Below are positions 37,454-50,140 of a DNA stretch of 64,000 nucleotides, piece by piece. Source of the DNA: Octopus sinensis. Its lineage: Eukaryota. The position numbers and the translations under genes are program-made. The first letter of the stretch is position 1. The number at the start of each line of letters is the position of its first letter. The notes beneath the pieces are model-generated. The model saw nothing but the letters and a program-made list of their open reading frames with translations, was not told the DNA's origin and searched no databases. The DNA lies in the NCBI RefSeq assembly GCF_006345805.1, contig NC_042998.1, forward strand, positions 26,288,001 to 26,352,000, in the 5' to 3' direction.

Positions 37454-38009
37454 CATGTATATATACATATATTCTATTGTGAGATCAATATGTTCAATTG
37501 TTTTTTTACATTAATCTTAATCCTTTCCAATGTTATTTGAATTAACATAAAAAATATTTCTGTCATAGACTTACATGTTTTTTTTTTGTTTTATTCTTTG
37601 TTTTTTGTTTTCGTTTCTTTTTTGGTGGGGGTAGTAGTGGTGGAGGTGGTGGGGGTTCTGCAGTTTTGTTCTTCTTCCAAAACTTGTTTATCGTTTTTGA
37701 AATTTGAATAAATTCTACCTGTTTTCAGATGTATGACGTTGGTGTGGCAAGTAGAAAAACGAAATAAAATAATTTATCTGACAACCTAATAGATATATAT
37801 TACCTGCAGTCAGACGCTGTGACTATGACTGTTCCATAGTTTTGGCATGACTTGATAAGCTTTCTTCATGCTGGTCAGTTTTTCACTGGAGTTTGCCAGA
37901 TAGTAAGAATGCTCAAGTATGTTACGACATCACTTCTACATCTCCATCAAAAGAGTTGAGGATCAGTGGCATGGCAAATAAACACACACAGTGCTACCTT
38001 GGTATGTGA

Positions 38010-38242
38010 AAGGCGGCGAGATGGCAGAAAAGTTAGCATGCCGGGCAAAATGCGTAGCCGTATTTCGTCTGCCGTTACGTTCTGAGTTCAAATTCCGCTG
38101 AGATCGACTTTGCCTTTCATCCTTTCAGGGTCAATAAATTAAGTACCAGTTACGCACTTGGGTCGATATAATCGACTTAATCCGTTTGTCTGTCCTTGTT
38201 TGTCCTCTCTGTGTTTAGCCCCTTGTGGGTAGTAAAGAAATA
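38010..38242 (+). mobile_element. SINE family E monomer, tail 1
   Basis: 9-bp TSD GGTATGTGA (38001-38009, 38243-38251). Confidence 0.85.
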
Positions 38243-38489
38243 GGTATGTGATCTATGTGTCATGAAACTGCTTTGGTATGCATTCTACACTTTATATTGT
38301 GATCTACAACAAGAAATGTTATACTTGTCAAGAACAAAGAAAACACCTGTATTGGTTTCGAGTGAATGTCTCGTTAGAGTCTATGCTTCAGCATAAGTTT
38401 GTTTCAAATTTGCTTCATTCTAATTTCTTTTTAATAAATGCATAAAATGTATGAAAATTTTAATTATCTATTTTTTACTTTTCTAGCTG

Positions 38490-38780
38490 TTGTTCATTCG
38501 ATTTGCCCATTCTCTTGATTATCCTGTTCATTCAATTCGCCCATTTCTTCGATACACATATTCATTCGATTCACATATTCATTCGATTCACCTGTTTGTT
38601 TGATTTGCCTATTCATTCAATTTGCCCATTCATTCAATTCACCCGTTCGTTCAATTCACCCGTTTGTTCAATTCACCCATTTGTTCAATTCACCCTTTCG
38701 TTCAATTTGCCCATTTATTTGATTCGCCCGTACATTTTATTCACCCATTCATTTGACTCATTCATTCAATTCACCCATAA
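38490..38780. repeat. Degenerate 17-bp minisatellite
   Basis: Units such as GTTCGTTCAATTCACCC and ATTCATTCAATTCACCC. Confidence 0.8.
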
Positions 38781-39465
38781 AATTAGTAAACTTCTTTCAA
38801 ATCTGCTTCATTTAAATTTTTTTTAATAAATGTTTTATTTAAGCCATAATAATTAAATGAAACATGTAGATCGCATACTAGAGTAGAATTTGACTCTTAC
38901 AGATCACATTAGCTACATAGATCACATACTAAATTAGCGCCCACACACACGACCTAGAGCGTCTAGTAGTGAACATAAGTGTTTATCATCCACATCATCA
39001 TTTAACGTCTGTCTTCCATGCTGGCATAAGTTGGAAACTTTTAATCTTCAACAAACCCACTGCGCAAGCGTAGTCTTTTTTGTCAGCAGCAAAAAGTTGC
39101 CGGCAAATTCTTTGAACAAATCTACCAGAAATCATTATACATAATTAATAATATCAGGGTAATAAAGATTTTAGAAATATTTACAACCATTGGCCTAGTG
39201 TATAGAAAAATTAGTCAATAGACTATATATTATTCATATAAAATACAGTGTACATTTAAACACCTTAAGAGGTTTCCATCATAGGAATCCTTTACGCTAG
39301 AAAGAACAGCTAAGGTCCAGCTTATATATATTTTACTCATTATCTTTTATTAAACTTTGAATACTTTTGATATATATTTAAAATAATATAAATTAATTAA
39401 TTTTATGTATTGGCTTAAGTTTTTCATTGTTTGCCTAATAGTGGTTTTATCTCTAATTTAATATA

Positions 39466-39469
<4 letters not shown>

Positions 39470-39512
<43 letters not shown>

Positions 39513-40211
39513 TACATACATATATATATTTATATTCACCATGTCGGACCACTGAACTCTGCACATTACTTTTTCATTCTCTCTCTCTCTCTATTTATTT
39601 CCTCTTATTACTTTCTGTCAGAAAGCATGGGCTTGAAACATGAAAGACTTTTCCATTTTTCCCGACCATCAATCTAATACACTTTCTTTTTGTTCCTACA
39701 CCTGCCTTCGTCTTTTCCTATAAATTTGAACTATATATTTCTATATATATATATATATATATATCTTTATATATAAAAGAGAAGTTGTGTGTCTGTCTCC
39801 TACGATTTAGATTCCTAACTCCTCCCACATTTTGCGGTGCAGTTTAACCAAATTCGGGTATCTTATAGTCGTGATTCATATCGAGCCCTTCTGGGTATTA
39901 GCGCGCGTCTACGATGAGTCTATGATTTACCATCATTTTTTTCCATTTTAATGCATTTTTTCGCTATTATATAAGGGAAGTAACTCTCTAAAAATGTCTA
40001 CGATGAGTCAGCGATTTAAAAAAAATATTTACCATCATTTTTTTTCCATTTTTAATGCATTTTTTTGCTATTTTTTGGCTATAACTCTCTAAAAATGCTT
40101 ATATAGTTATTTCCCTTACAAACCCGAGCAACGCCGAGCGATACTGCTAGTATATATATATATATATACACACACGCACACACACATTCAAACACATACA
40201 TACATATATAT

Positions 40212-40249
<38 letters not shown>

Positions 40250-40879
40250 TACATACATATATATTTATATTCACCATGTCGGACCACTGAACTCTGCACA
40301 TTACTTTTTCATTCTCTCTCTCTCTCTATTTATTTCCTCTTATTACTTTCTGTCAGAAAGCATGGGCTTGAAACATGAAAGACTTTTCCATTTTTCCCGA
40401 CCATCAATCTAATACACTTTCTTTTTGTTCCTACACCTGCCTTCGTCTTTTCCTATAAATTTGAACTATATATTTCTATATATATATATATATCTTTATA
40501 TATAAAAGAGAAGTTGTGTGTCTGTCTCCTACGATTTAGATTCCTAACTCCTCCCACATTTTGCGGTGCAGTTTAACCAAATTCGGGTATCTTATAGTCG
40601 TGATTCATATCGAGCCCTTCTGGGTATTAGCACGCGTCTACGATGAGTCTATGATTTACCATCATTTTTTTCCATTTTAATGCATTTTTTCGCTATTATA
40701 TAAGGGAAGTAACTCTCTAAAAATGTCTACGATGAGTCAGCGATTTAAAAAAAATATTTACCATCATTTTTTTTCCATTTTTAATGCATTTTTTTGCTAT
40801 TTTTTGGCTATAACTCTCTAAAAATGCTTATATAGTTATTTCCCTTACAAACCCGAGCAACGCCGAGCGATACTGCTAG

Positions 40880-40913
<34 letters not shown>

Positions 40914-40945
40914 TTCAAACACATACATACATATATATATATATA
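39470..40945 (+). repeat. Near-identical tandem duplication (~730-735 bp unit) containing a PLE-type end and a Helitron (39764-40150, 40493-40879)
   Basis: ATGTCGGACC at 39541 and 40276; Helitron CTAG ends at 40150 and 40879. Confidence 0.9.
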
Positions 40946-41472
40946 TATTCATACACACATATTTTTGTATTTTACAGATTAACTGTGTTAGCGTCATCTC
41001 CACTTTCACTAATTCCTAAATGAAACTAAAATATTTTGAATTTGTAAATGCATCAAAATTATTTCAAAGAATTTCTTTGTAATTTGAATGTTCAAAGCAA
41101 ATTTGATTCATAACAGTTAAAATATTTTCTCCTTGAAATATAAAGTCAAAGAATTTGAGATAGGCAGATTAATAGCCTAATGTCATAACATATTCCTCAT
41201 AATTAGGTGAAAACACACATCTGTAATATGGCCTCGTAATCATACGCCCTACTTAAATATACATGTACACTTGCTCGTATACAGAAATATGAAATAAAGA
41301 AATAAGATGCAGAAAATTGATATCTATTATTATATGGGTGGTGTGTAGCATTTTCATGTGTGCTTTATAAACATTAAGCAACCAATTCCTAAGTATGAAT
41401 TCATATCTTTGTGTATTGTCACATCCATCACTCTCAAATAAGCTATAACTGATGAGTAGAGCAAAATATATT

Positions 41473-41895
41473 CTTTTCTACTCTAGGCACAAGGCCTGAA
41501 ATTTTCAGGGAGGGGGCTAGTCTATTAGATTGACCCCAGTGCGTAACTGGTACTTATTTAATTGACCCCGAAAGGATGAAAGGCAAAGTCAACTTCAGTG
41601 GAATTTGAACTCAGAACATAAAGACAGATGAAATACCTATTTCTTTACTGCCCACAAGGGGCTACACACAGAGGGGACAAACAAGGACAGACAGATGGAT
41701 TAAGTCGATTATATTGACCCCAGTGCATAACTGGTACTTATTTAATCGACCCCGAAAGGATGAAAGGCAAAGTTGACCTCAGTGGAATTTGAACTCAGAA
41801 CGTAGCAGCAGATAAAATACCGCTAAGCATTTCACCCGGTTTGCTAACGTTTCTGCCAGCTCACCACCTTAAGACAGATGAAATACCACTAAGCA
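41473..41895 (-). mobile_element. 5'-truncated tail-2 SINE E with a full-length tail-1 SINE E (41638-41870) nested inside
   Basis: Outer 16-bp TSD TAGAGCAAAATATATT; inner 17-bp TSD AAGACAGATGAAATACC. Confidence 0.85.
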
Positions 41896-42197
41896 TAGAG
41901 CAAAATATATTGGAAAAATAATGGAAAACACCATCTGTGTGTGAGGGTGGGGATGCATGTGTGTGTAATATAAATATAAAGGAGCTAAAAGAAATAACTC
42001 AAGTGGCCAGCAGTATGATTAGGACAATTATGACTAATAAAGATATATCAAATACTATACAAAATCAGTTCTTAATCTAAGGAAATGATCTTCCCTTCAG
42101 GAAGAGCATGAACAAGATCTGTTGTAATTGTGACCAATCTAAATGAAAAGGGGAGATAATCACAAGAACCACATTTTATATATACATACACACACAC

Positions 42198-42225
<28 letters not shown>

Positions 42226-42228
<3 letters not shown>

Positions 42229-42524
42229 GAGGCGCAATGGCCCAATGGTTAGGGCAGCGAACTCGCAGTTGTAGGATCGCGGTTTCGATTCCCAGACTGG
42301 GCGTTATCAGTGTTTATTGAATGAAAACACCGAAAGCGAGGCTCCGGCAGGGGGTGGTGGCAATTCCTGCTGTACTCTTTCGCTACGACTTTCTCTCACT
42401 CTTTCTTCTGTTGGCCTGCTTGCTTAGACAGCGGGGTGGCATCATTTGAAGGCTAAAGCAATGCGAAGCGCATTGTGACCAGCGATGCGTAGCAACATCT
42501 GATAGCCTGGTCGGTCACAGTGAT
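42226..42524 (+). mobile_element. SINE family D
   Basis: Close copy of 15414-15711. Confidence 0.8.
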
Positions 42525-42984
42525 ATATATATATATATATGCATGTGTTATTTATGTATGTGTGTGTGTTCTCTTCTGTTTTTCATTATGTAAATTTTTC
42601 CTGAGGAGGGAGCTGATTTGTAACAAAAATACAAAGCTCCATCATTGGAATGTAGATCACAGAAACAATGTCAGGTATTAAATTTGAGAAAAGTCTGGAA
42701 TATTTTTACTGTTCCACTTAGAGACTGTATTTGTAATGTGTGAGCTAGTTGATTGATTTCTTTATCTGAAAATCCAAGCTTATCCCAGACTGTCAGTTAG
42801 GCATTTTACTCACAAAGCCAAGTGCACTGATTATTATTGGTATAAATATAAATTTATAATCTGGATATAGAAGCAGTGTGTGTGTGTGTATCTTACAGAA
42901 ATAAGTTAAAAAGCTATAAGACAAAAAAAAAAAACGAAACTGGTGCTTTCAAATAAAAATTCTGTGTGTAATATTTGTTGTGCA

Positions 42985-43198
42985 AAGGCGGCGAGCTGGC
43001 AGAAACGTTAGCATGCCAGGTGAAATGCTTAGCGGCATTTCGTCTGTCTTTATGTTCTAAGTTCAAATTCCACCAAGGTCGACTTTGCCTTTCATCTTTT
43101 TGGTGTCAATAAATTAAGTACCAGTTGTGTATTGAGGTCAATCTAATTGACTGGTGCCCTCCCCCAAAATTTCAGGCCTTGTACCTAGAATAGAAATG
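42985..43198 (+). mobile_element. SINE family E monomer, tail 2
   Basis: 15-bp TSD AATATTTGTTGTGCA (42970-42984, 43199-43213). Confidence 0.85.
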
Positions 43199-44829
43199 AA
43201 TATTTGTTGTGCATGAGTTGCTCATATAATCTCCAACCATTTACACAATTAGTGATGTAGTGACACAACAAGTATTCCAGTAGAAAACTATATCAAGCAA
43301 CGCTATTATTTACCAAATATGGTATAAGATGAAGCAAATAAATGATTAGGCTTATGAACATTTAAGTTTTAGGTACAGAAACTAATTATGATATAAAAAA
43401 ATCACAATGAAATTTTGAATGCTTTTCTTCAATATGAGATCTGGCACATAGAATTCATGTTATATTTTGAAGAATGGTGAGATTTCTCTTGTGAGGTTGT
43501 TTAAAAATATTTTACTCTGGTTACTGTCATTTAGTTCAACATTTTGATATCATTCAGTGTGATGTCAAGACCCAGTTACAAAAACATCTATTAGATTGCC
43601 AGCCTTGTGGGTGTATTTGTCGACTGCTTGAGATATGGAGAATTTTTTCAAGTTGTCAGGAATTCATAATGCATTATTATTTCCATCACTGTTGTTGAAG
43701 TGAATGTTGACATCACTCTACATAATGGCATTATAGTAATGAATAGAGATGAAGATAAGAATGCTATAGAATCTGCCACAGAAATTGACTATGACACCAG
43801 TTTTTTATATATATATATTCTAAACAGTGAATAGAATTTCCCAGTGGATGAAAATTGTTCATATACAACTAATACATTCAAACGATATTAAATATTTTAG
43901 AGATATTGGTCTGATTAGAAAGCTACATTTTAAGATGGTTATTACAGTGCCATCTTTTTTCAGTGGTTAACCAAAGGAAACAGTGGATATGATGTGAGCA
44001 ATTACTGTGAGCTGCTGTGTAAACATTCTTGTTTGTTGCCATAGGATTGGTTTCTAGTTGATTAAATTGTGTCCAGTTTATACACTTAGCAGAGTAACTT
44101 TTGCAATTTGTAATTTTCTTTTTCTATTTTCTGTTTTTTTTCTCTCCTCACTAACATAGTGGGAACTGCAGAAAACCTATGGAGTGATGTGAACTTTAAC
44201 ATTTGTTGAATCTCTTAATATAGCACCAATAATAAACATGGCAGGCTTCGATTCAATGTAAATTCAATCATCCATTCCCTGTATTCTCTTTCTTCTTTCG
44301 ACCATTGTTAGAAATATATTTCGGTTTATTACTTGCAGGTTTGGTGAAAAGAACCTTGAAATTTTTTATTACTGCTGCAAAGGATTGGGTTCTGAGCTAA
44401 TATATTTTGCATATTTGGTTGGTTGTGTTTTTCTACAAAGGATAGTAACTGCTGTAATGTGAGACAGGTCCCCGGTGGGAGTAGCAATGGTTTTATCTTC
44501 ACAAGAAAGCTGGACAGCAGGTTGTAATATGGCAAAAACTACTGTGGTTCCAACATATTAATATTATTTCAATTGTTATTGACATGGGAACAGTTAATTA
44601 TAAGAATTATGTCAACCACAGTCTTTGCTGCTAATCATTGAATTAAACGAGATAGTAAATAAATTTAAAAAATCAATGAAATAAATGAAAGCACAACAAA
44701 ATTCCAACAGTCGTTCGTTAGCAAAGTGAATTTATTAATCGATTTTTATATTTCTTTATTAACCCACTTTATTTGGAAGATGAATGAACATAATGGCTCC
44801 TATTCTTGATTATCAAATTCTAGCTTGAT

Positions 44830-45160
44830 ATCTATATAGAAAATAAACACTCGACTGGCACCCGTACTGGTGGCACGTAAAAAGCACCATTCGAATATAG
44901 TTGATGTCAGTTCCCCCTGACTGGCTCCCCTGCCAGTGGCACGTAAAAAGCACTATCCAAACATGATCAATGCAAGGGCCGCCTGACTGGCTCATGTACC
45001 GGTGGCATGTAAAAAGCACCTACTACACTCTTGGAGTGGTTGGCATTGGGAAGGGCATCCAGCTATAGAAACATTGCCAGATCAGATTGGAGCCTGGTGC
45101 AGCTGCTGGCTTCCCAAACCTCAGTCAAACCGTCCAATCCATGCCAGCATGGAAAAGATG
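44830..45160 (+). mobile_element. RTE 3' UTR fragment (family B)
   Basis: Three TGGCACGTAAAAAGCAC-type motifs, then the conserved terminus. Confidence 0.75.
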
Positions 45161-45273
45161 ATAGTTATTATTGTTTTTCAATGATATAAGTAAGAGTGGG
45201 TGAAATCTATACTTGTTAATCCTAGCAATAATATATATATATACTATTTTCCTCTAGCTAACTCTTTCATATT

Positions 45274-45321
45274 GTTTCTGATGAAGGGATGTCCCTAATA
45301 TGCCAGAAACAGCTGTAAGAC
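45274..45321 (+). ncRNA. Minimal type I hammerhead-ribozyme-like motif in a probable Penelope-like terminal fragment
   Basis: GTTT-CTGATGA-...-GAAAC-AGCT-GTA-AGAC; stem II junction imperfect. Confidence 0.45.
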
Positions 45322-46087
45322 TACTTTTCTCTTTATAAATGTCCTGAAAATTCCACACAGCCTTGGTTTTGTTGTCTCATTTTATTTAACATATACATGC
45401 TCACACATATACACGCATTAGACTCCTCACTTGTATTATTATCAAACCAAGAGTCTAACTACGGTCCTCCCATAGCACTTACATAGCCTTACCTGCCATC
45501 TTGTGTCTTCTAGACACCAATACCTCTCATATATATATATATATATAATACCCACGCAAATATTAAATACAATATATTCAGAACAGTTCCAATCACTACT
45601 ATTACAACCACAACAGGTCACTTTTAAGTCACTTGACCATTTGAGAGGATTCCACCAACATCTTACTACTGTCATACCAATCTCGCATTTTTATTATTCT
45701 TTCTCTTCTTTTCCTACTCCTTCTTCTTCTTCTTTGCTGCCTCCTCAGCTACTACTGCTGCTTAAACAACCAAAACCAAGAACTCGTATCAAATATTTTT
45801 TAGGACTGCTAGTACCAAGCCTTCACAAGAGTAAAAAACAGACAGACAGACAGAAAAAAGGAAAATGTCCCTTGTATTTGAAAAGTATGGAAATATTCTG
45901 AAAAAACATTTCATTTAATTTTTCCACAATTTAATTGTTTTTCATGCTTTACTCTAAGTTGAAAAAGTCGCAAAGACTGGAACCGGTACTAAAATGTTCT
46001 TTATGATAAAATTATTTTAGCATTTTCTACCTAGTCTTATTTTTATATATATATATATATATGTACACACACACACACACACACACA

Positions 46088-46479
46088 CAGGGTGTTCAAA
46101 AAGTTTCTCCGCAGTAAGTATTTATTGCTAAATAAATATTTATAAGATGGTATAAAACTACAAAAGAATATATTATACTTTATAACAGGTGTTGAAAGTG
46201 TTGTCCTTCATTTTCAATACATAAGTTGACTTTTCTACACATGTTTTGAAATACATCTGGGAGAGTCTGATGCGGTATGGACTGAGTGAAGGTTATGATT
46301 GTGTCTTTTAGCTTATTAATGGTTTTCAGGTGATTCTTGTACACTGATCATTTACTTGCTCCCCAGAAAAAAAAGGTCTGGCTGACACCTGACCGCCCAT
46401 GCAGTGATAGCCAAGTTACACATTTGCAGGATGGAAAAAAAAAAAAGATTCACTGCAGAGAAACTTTTTGAACACTCTG
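46088..46479 (-). mobile_element. Tc1/mariner internal-deletion derivative (rosa-like)
   Basis: 27-bp TIRs CAG(G/A)GTGTTCAAAAAGTTTCTC(C/T)GCAG; TA on the right; minus strand VYKNHLKTINKLKDTI...CIENEGQHFQHLL*. Confidence 0.8.
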
Positions 46480-47445
46480 TACATACACACACATACAGGT
46501 TTTCTAATCTTGTTCCGCCTTCTATTATTACATTGTTTCAATACTTCAAGTACTCTTTGTAGCAGCTGATGGTTTTACACTTACTTCCTAATCACTGAAG
46601 GCAATATATTTGGGCAACATCTGATTAGTTATTCATGTGATTAGTTAACTACAATCCACTCAGGAGCTTTTAACATTTCTGAAAGCCAAGTGACATTTTC
46701 AGCTTCAATTTCTCTACAATATTAGATAAAATTACTAGGAAATCTCATTTACCGATTTTTCAATAGGTGTAATGTAAGTTTATTCTACCATTGTATGAAT
46801 ATTATATAGAATTAGTCGTCAATATGTTGAAAGAGGAAAGTAGAATAATTTTCAGAATCCTGTAGTTAATGTTAATGAAATTTCACTTACAAATGGGCTT
46901 CTTAGAAAAGTATAAGAATTGGAAATTTGATTATTGTTTATAGACAATATTATAATATTAAACATGAAATGCCTGATTTGATATGGATTGGTTATAAATG
47001 CCAGACTTGCTATGTTAATGGGTAGTGAGTTCCTTCCATCAAATTCCAGTTTTACTATAGAAAATTACAAACACATTACCATGAAAATATGGCAACCAAA
47101 TGGGTTTGGTATTGCACTAAAGAGCTTCCAATTTATTTTTCAAATTTATTTTAATCTACGTTGAAAAGAAAAAAAAATATGCATTATATAAATGCTTTTA
47201 AATAACAAAATGTCCATTAAAAATAACAGGACTGTATATTTTCCAAATTTGCTAAATATATTACAGATAAGTGCATATATAATAAATATAGGGCAATAGA
47301 AAATTTTTACAATAACTTATTTAAAATCTCCAAATAACTCTAATTACAGCATAAATTTTGAAGCTTAAAATTTGAAAAATTACATTTTTTATGGAAAACA
47401 TCAAAGCGAAAAAGAAAAAAAAAGAATTATTTTTATAGGCACAGG

Positions 47446-47870
47446 AGAGGCTGTGTGCTAAGAAGCTTGCTTACCAATCACACAATTCCAGGTTCCAGGT
47501 TCAATCCCACTGTGTGGTACTTTGGATGAGTGTTTTTTTTTTTTACTATAGCCTTAGGCATGCGAGTGAATTTAATACTAAGAAACTGAAAGAAACTCAT
47601 CATACACACACACACACACACCACACACACACACACACATATATATATATACATGTGTGTTTGTGTGTGTCTGTTTGTCCACCTATATTGCTTGACAACT
47701 AGAGTTGGTTTGTTTACATCCCTGTAACTTAGAAGTTGGGAAAGACAGACCAATAGAGTAAGAAGCAGTCTTTTAAAAGTAAACATGATTCATTCAACAA
47801 AATTCTTGAAAGCAGTGCCCCAGCATGGCCACAGTCTAACGACAGACACAAGCAAAAGATAAATGATAAA
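47446..47870 (+). mobile_element. SINE family A, A2 variant
   Basis: Diverged copy with an altered 3' third. Confidence 0.7.
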
Positions 47871-48734
47871 AGATACTGTTTATAGAAAGAAATGAAGCTG
47901 TCTTATTTGTATTTTTATACAATTTACAAAATATAAAAAGAGAAACAATTTTGTTTTAGGTGTTTATAAATTTATTATTTTTCCTTTTTCATTTTTAATG
48001 ACCTGCAAGAAATTACAAAGAACTAGGTTTTCTTTTTACAAATGACTAAATCACTCTATAGCATTTTACATAAACTGCTAATGTCCCATGATTTTTTGAT
48101 TAAATATCTAGAAGCTGTCTGGCGTTTGATATAATTATATTACTTCTATTTTTATGCCCTGGTTTAACTCTCAAATACATTGGAGAGCTTGAGCAATCAC
48201 ATATGTTCGCTTTGAGTAGGTATTTTATGACAGGGTGTGTGTGTGCGTGTCTTTCTTAGTAGCAATTATTATATTATAAAATAGTTGTGGATAATATTCC
48301 AAGCTTAAGCAAATTCCAAAATATACAGTCATGCTAGAAGCATTTCAGAGATTTTGAAAAAATAATCAAGAGAAAATGTAAATGCTACTCGCTGTATAAA
48401 GATATATGAATAGGAGAATATATAAAAATACGGTATCAGAGTAATAAATTTGTATCCATTACCGAGAAATAACATTTTGCTGATAAATAATATTCTATCT
48501 TTCTGCTAATACATATTTTATAGCCAAACGTTATACTATTTATCTAAATAATCATATCTCTACAGATATTATATAATAAATTTTAATAAGATTTAGTTCT
48601 CTTAACCAAACAAATCTCATGAGTGATATGCATTCTGCTGATTAATGGGCAAAGTAGAACAGGGTTCAATTTCTGAGCAAGTTGGCATCTTCACAAAACT
48701 ATTGAATAACAGCTACATGACTTCATCATAAATT

Positions 48735-49300
48735 CATCATCATCATCATTGTTTAACGTCCGCTTTCCATGCTAGCATGGGTTGGACGATTTTGACTGAG
48801 GGCTGGCAAACCAGATGGCTGCACCAGGCTCCAATCTTGGTCTGGCAGAGTTTCTACAGCTGGATGCCCTTCCTAATGCCAACGACTCTGAGAGTGTAGT
48901 GGGTGCTTTTTACGGGCCACCAGCACAGGCGGTACTGGCAACGACCTCACTCGAATCGTTTTTACATGTGCCACCAGCACAGGTGCCGGTGTAGCGACGT
49001 TAGTAATGATCACGCTCAAATGGTGCTCTTTTATGTGCCACGAGTACAGAAGTCAGTTGGCTGCTCTGGCAACGATCACACTTGGATGGTGGGATACGGA
49101 AGCCAGTTGGCTGCTCTGGCAACGATCACACTTGGATGGTGGGATACGGAAGCCAGTTGGCTGCTCTGGCAACGATCACACTTGGATGGTGGGATACGGA
49201 AGCCAGTTGGCTGCTCTAGCAATGATCACGCTCGGATGGTGGGGTACGGAAGCCAGTTGGCTGCTCTGGCAACGATCACGCTCGAATTAGCACCCTACTA
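48735..49300 (-). mobile_element. RTE 3' UTR fragment with an internal 50-bp tandem array (49049-49286)
   Basis: Family B terminus; GAAG(C/T)CAGTTGG at an exact 50-bp period from 49049 to 49249. Confidence 0.85.
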
Positions 49301-49975
49301 GCACATGCACAATTAATTATATAAAATACAATTTCAACTCTGTTGAAATTATAATTCATTTTAGAAATTTATTTAGGTAATATATTTTATTCAGAACACA
49401 TTTGCAATGAAGTGAAAATATAGTGAAAGAGGCGATCGACTTTCTCCTCATGATCATGAATGCAGAAACATCAATATCTTTTAATCGATTGTGTATAGTA
49501 CTTCAATATTTAGGATTAACTAACAAACATTGTTGCCTTTATGTTTCTAAGCATATTGTTTGCACTAAAAAAAAAAAAAAAAATCGACACATCTCATTTC
49601 TCTTCTAAAGTTAGTCTCCACAGGCACATAGTCAAATACACACACACAGGCACACATATACATATACCCACACACACATACATACATTTGCACTCTGTTA
49701 CACAGAATTATTTACATCAAAAGAGATGTAAAGGGGAAAAAAAAAAAAAATAGGATCAACATTAGGATTACTGTTGTAAATTTTTAATAAGCATTCTTCT
49801 GAACAGCAATTGATATTCAAAACAGGCGATAAACATTCTCTTACAGATCGATTACCATTCAAAGACATTTAAAGATCAAAGACGGGACTTCTAATGTTAA
49901 AAAGATATTAGAAACATTGATGCACTTCGTGAGAAATCAACATTAAAATCAGCTTAATTGATTATTTATTCAGAA

Positions 49976-50019
49976 TATATATATATGTGTGTGTATATAT
50001 ATGTGTGTGTCTGTGTGTG

Positions 50020-50051
<32 letters not shown>

Positions 50052-50140
50052 TGTTTGTGTATATATATATATATGTTTGTGTATATATATATATGTGTGT
50101 ATATATATATGTGTATATATACATGTATATGTATATATAT
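49976..50140. repeat. (TA/TG)n microsatellite
   Basis: Direct reading. Confidence 0.9.
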
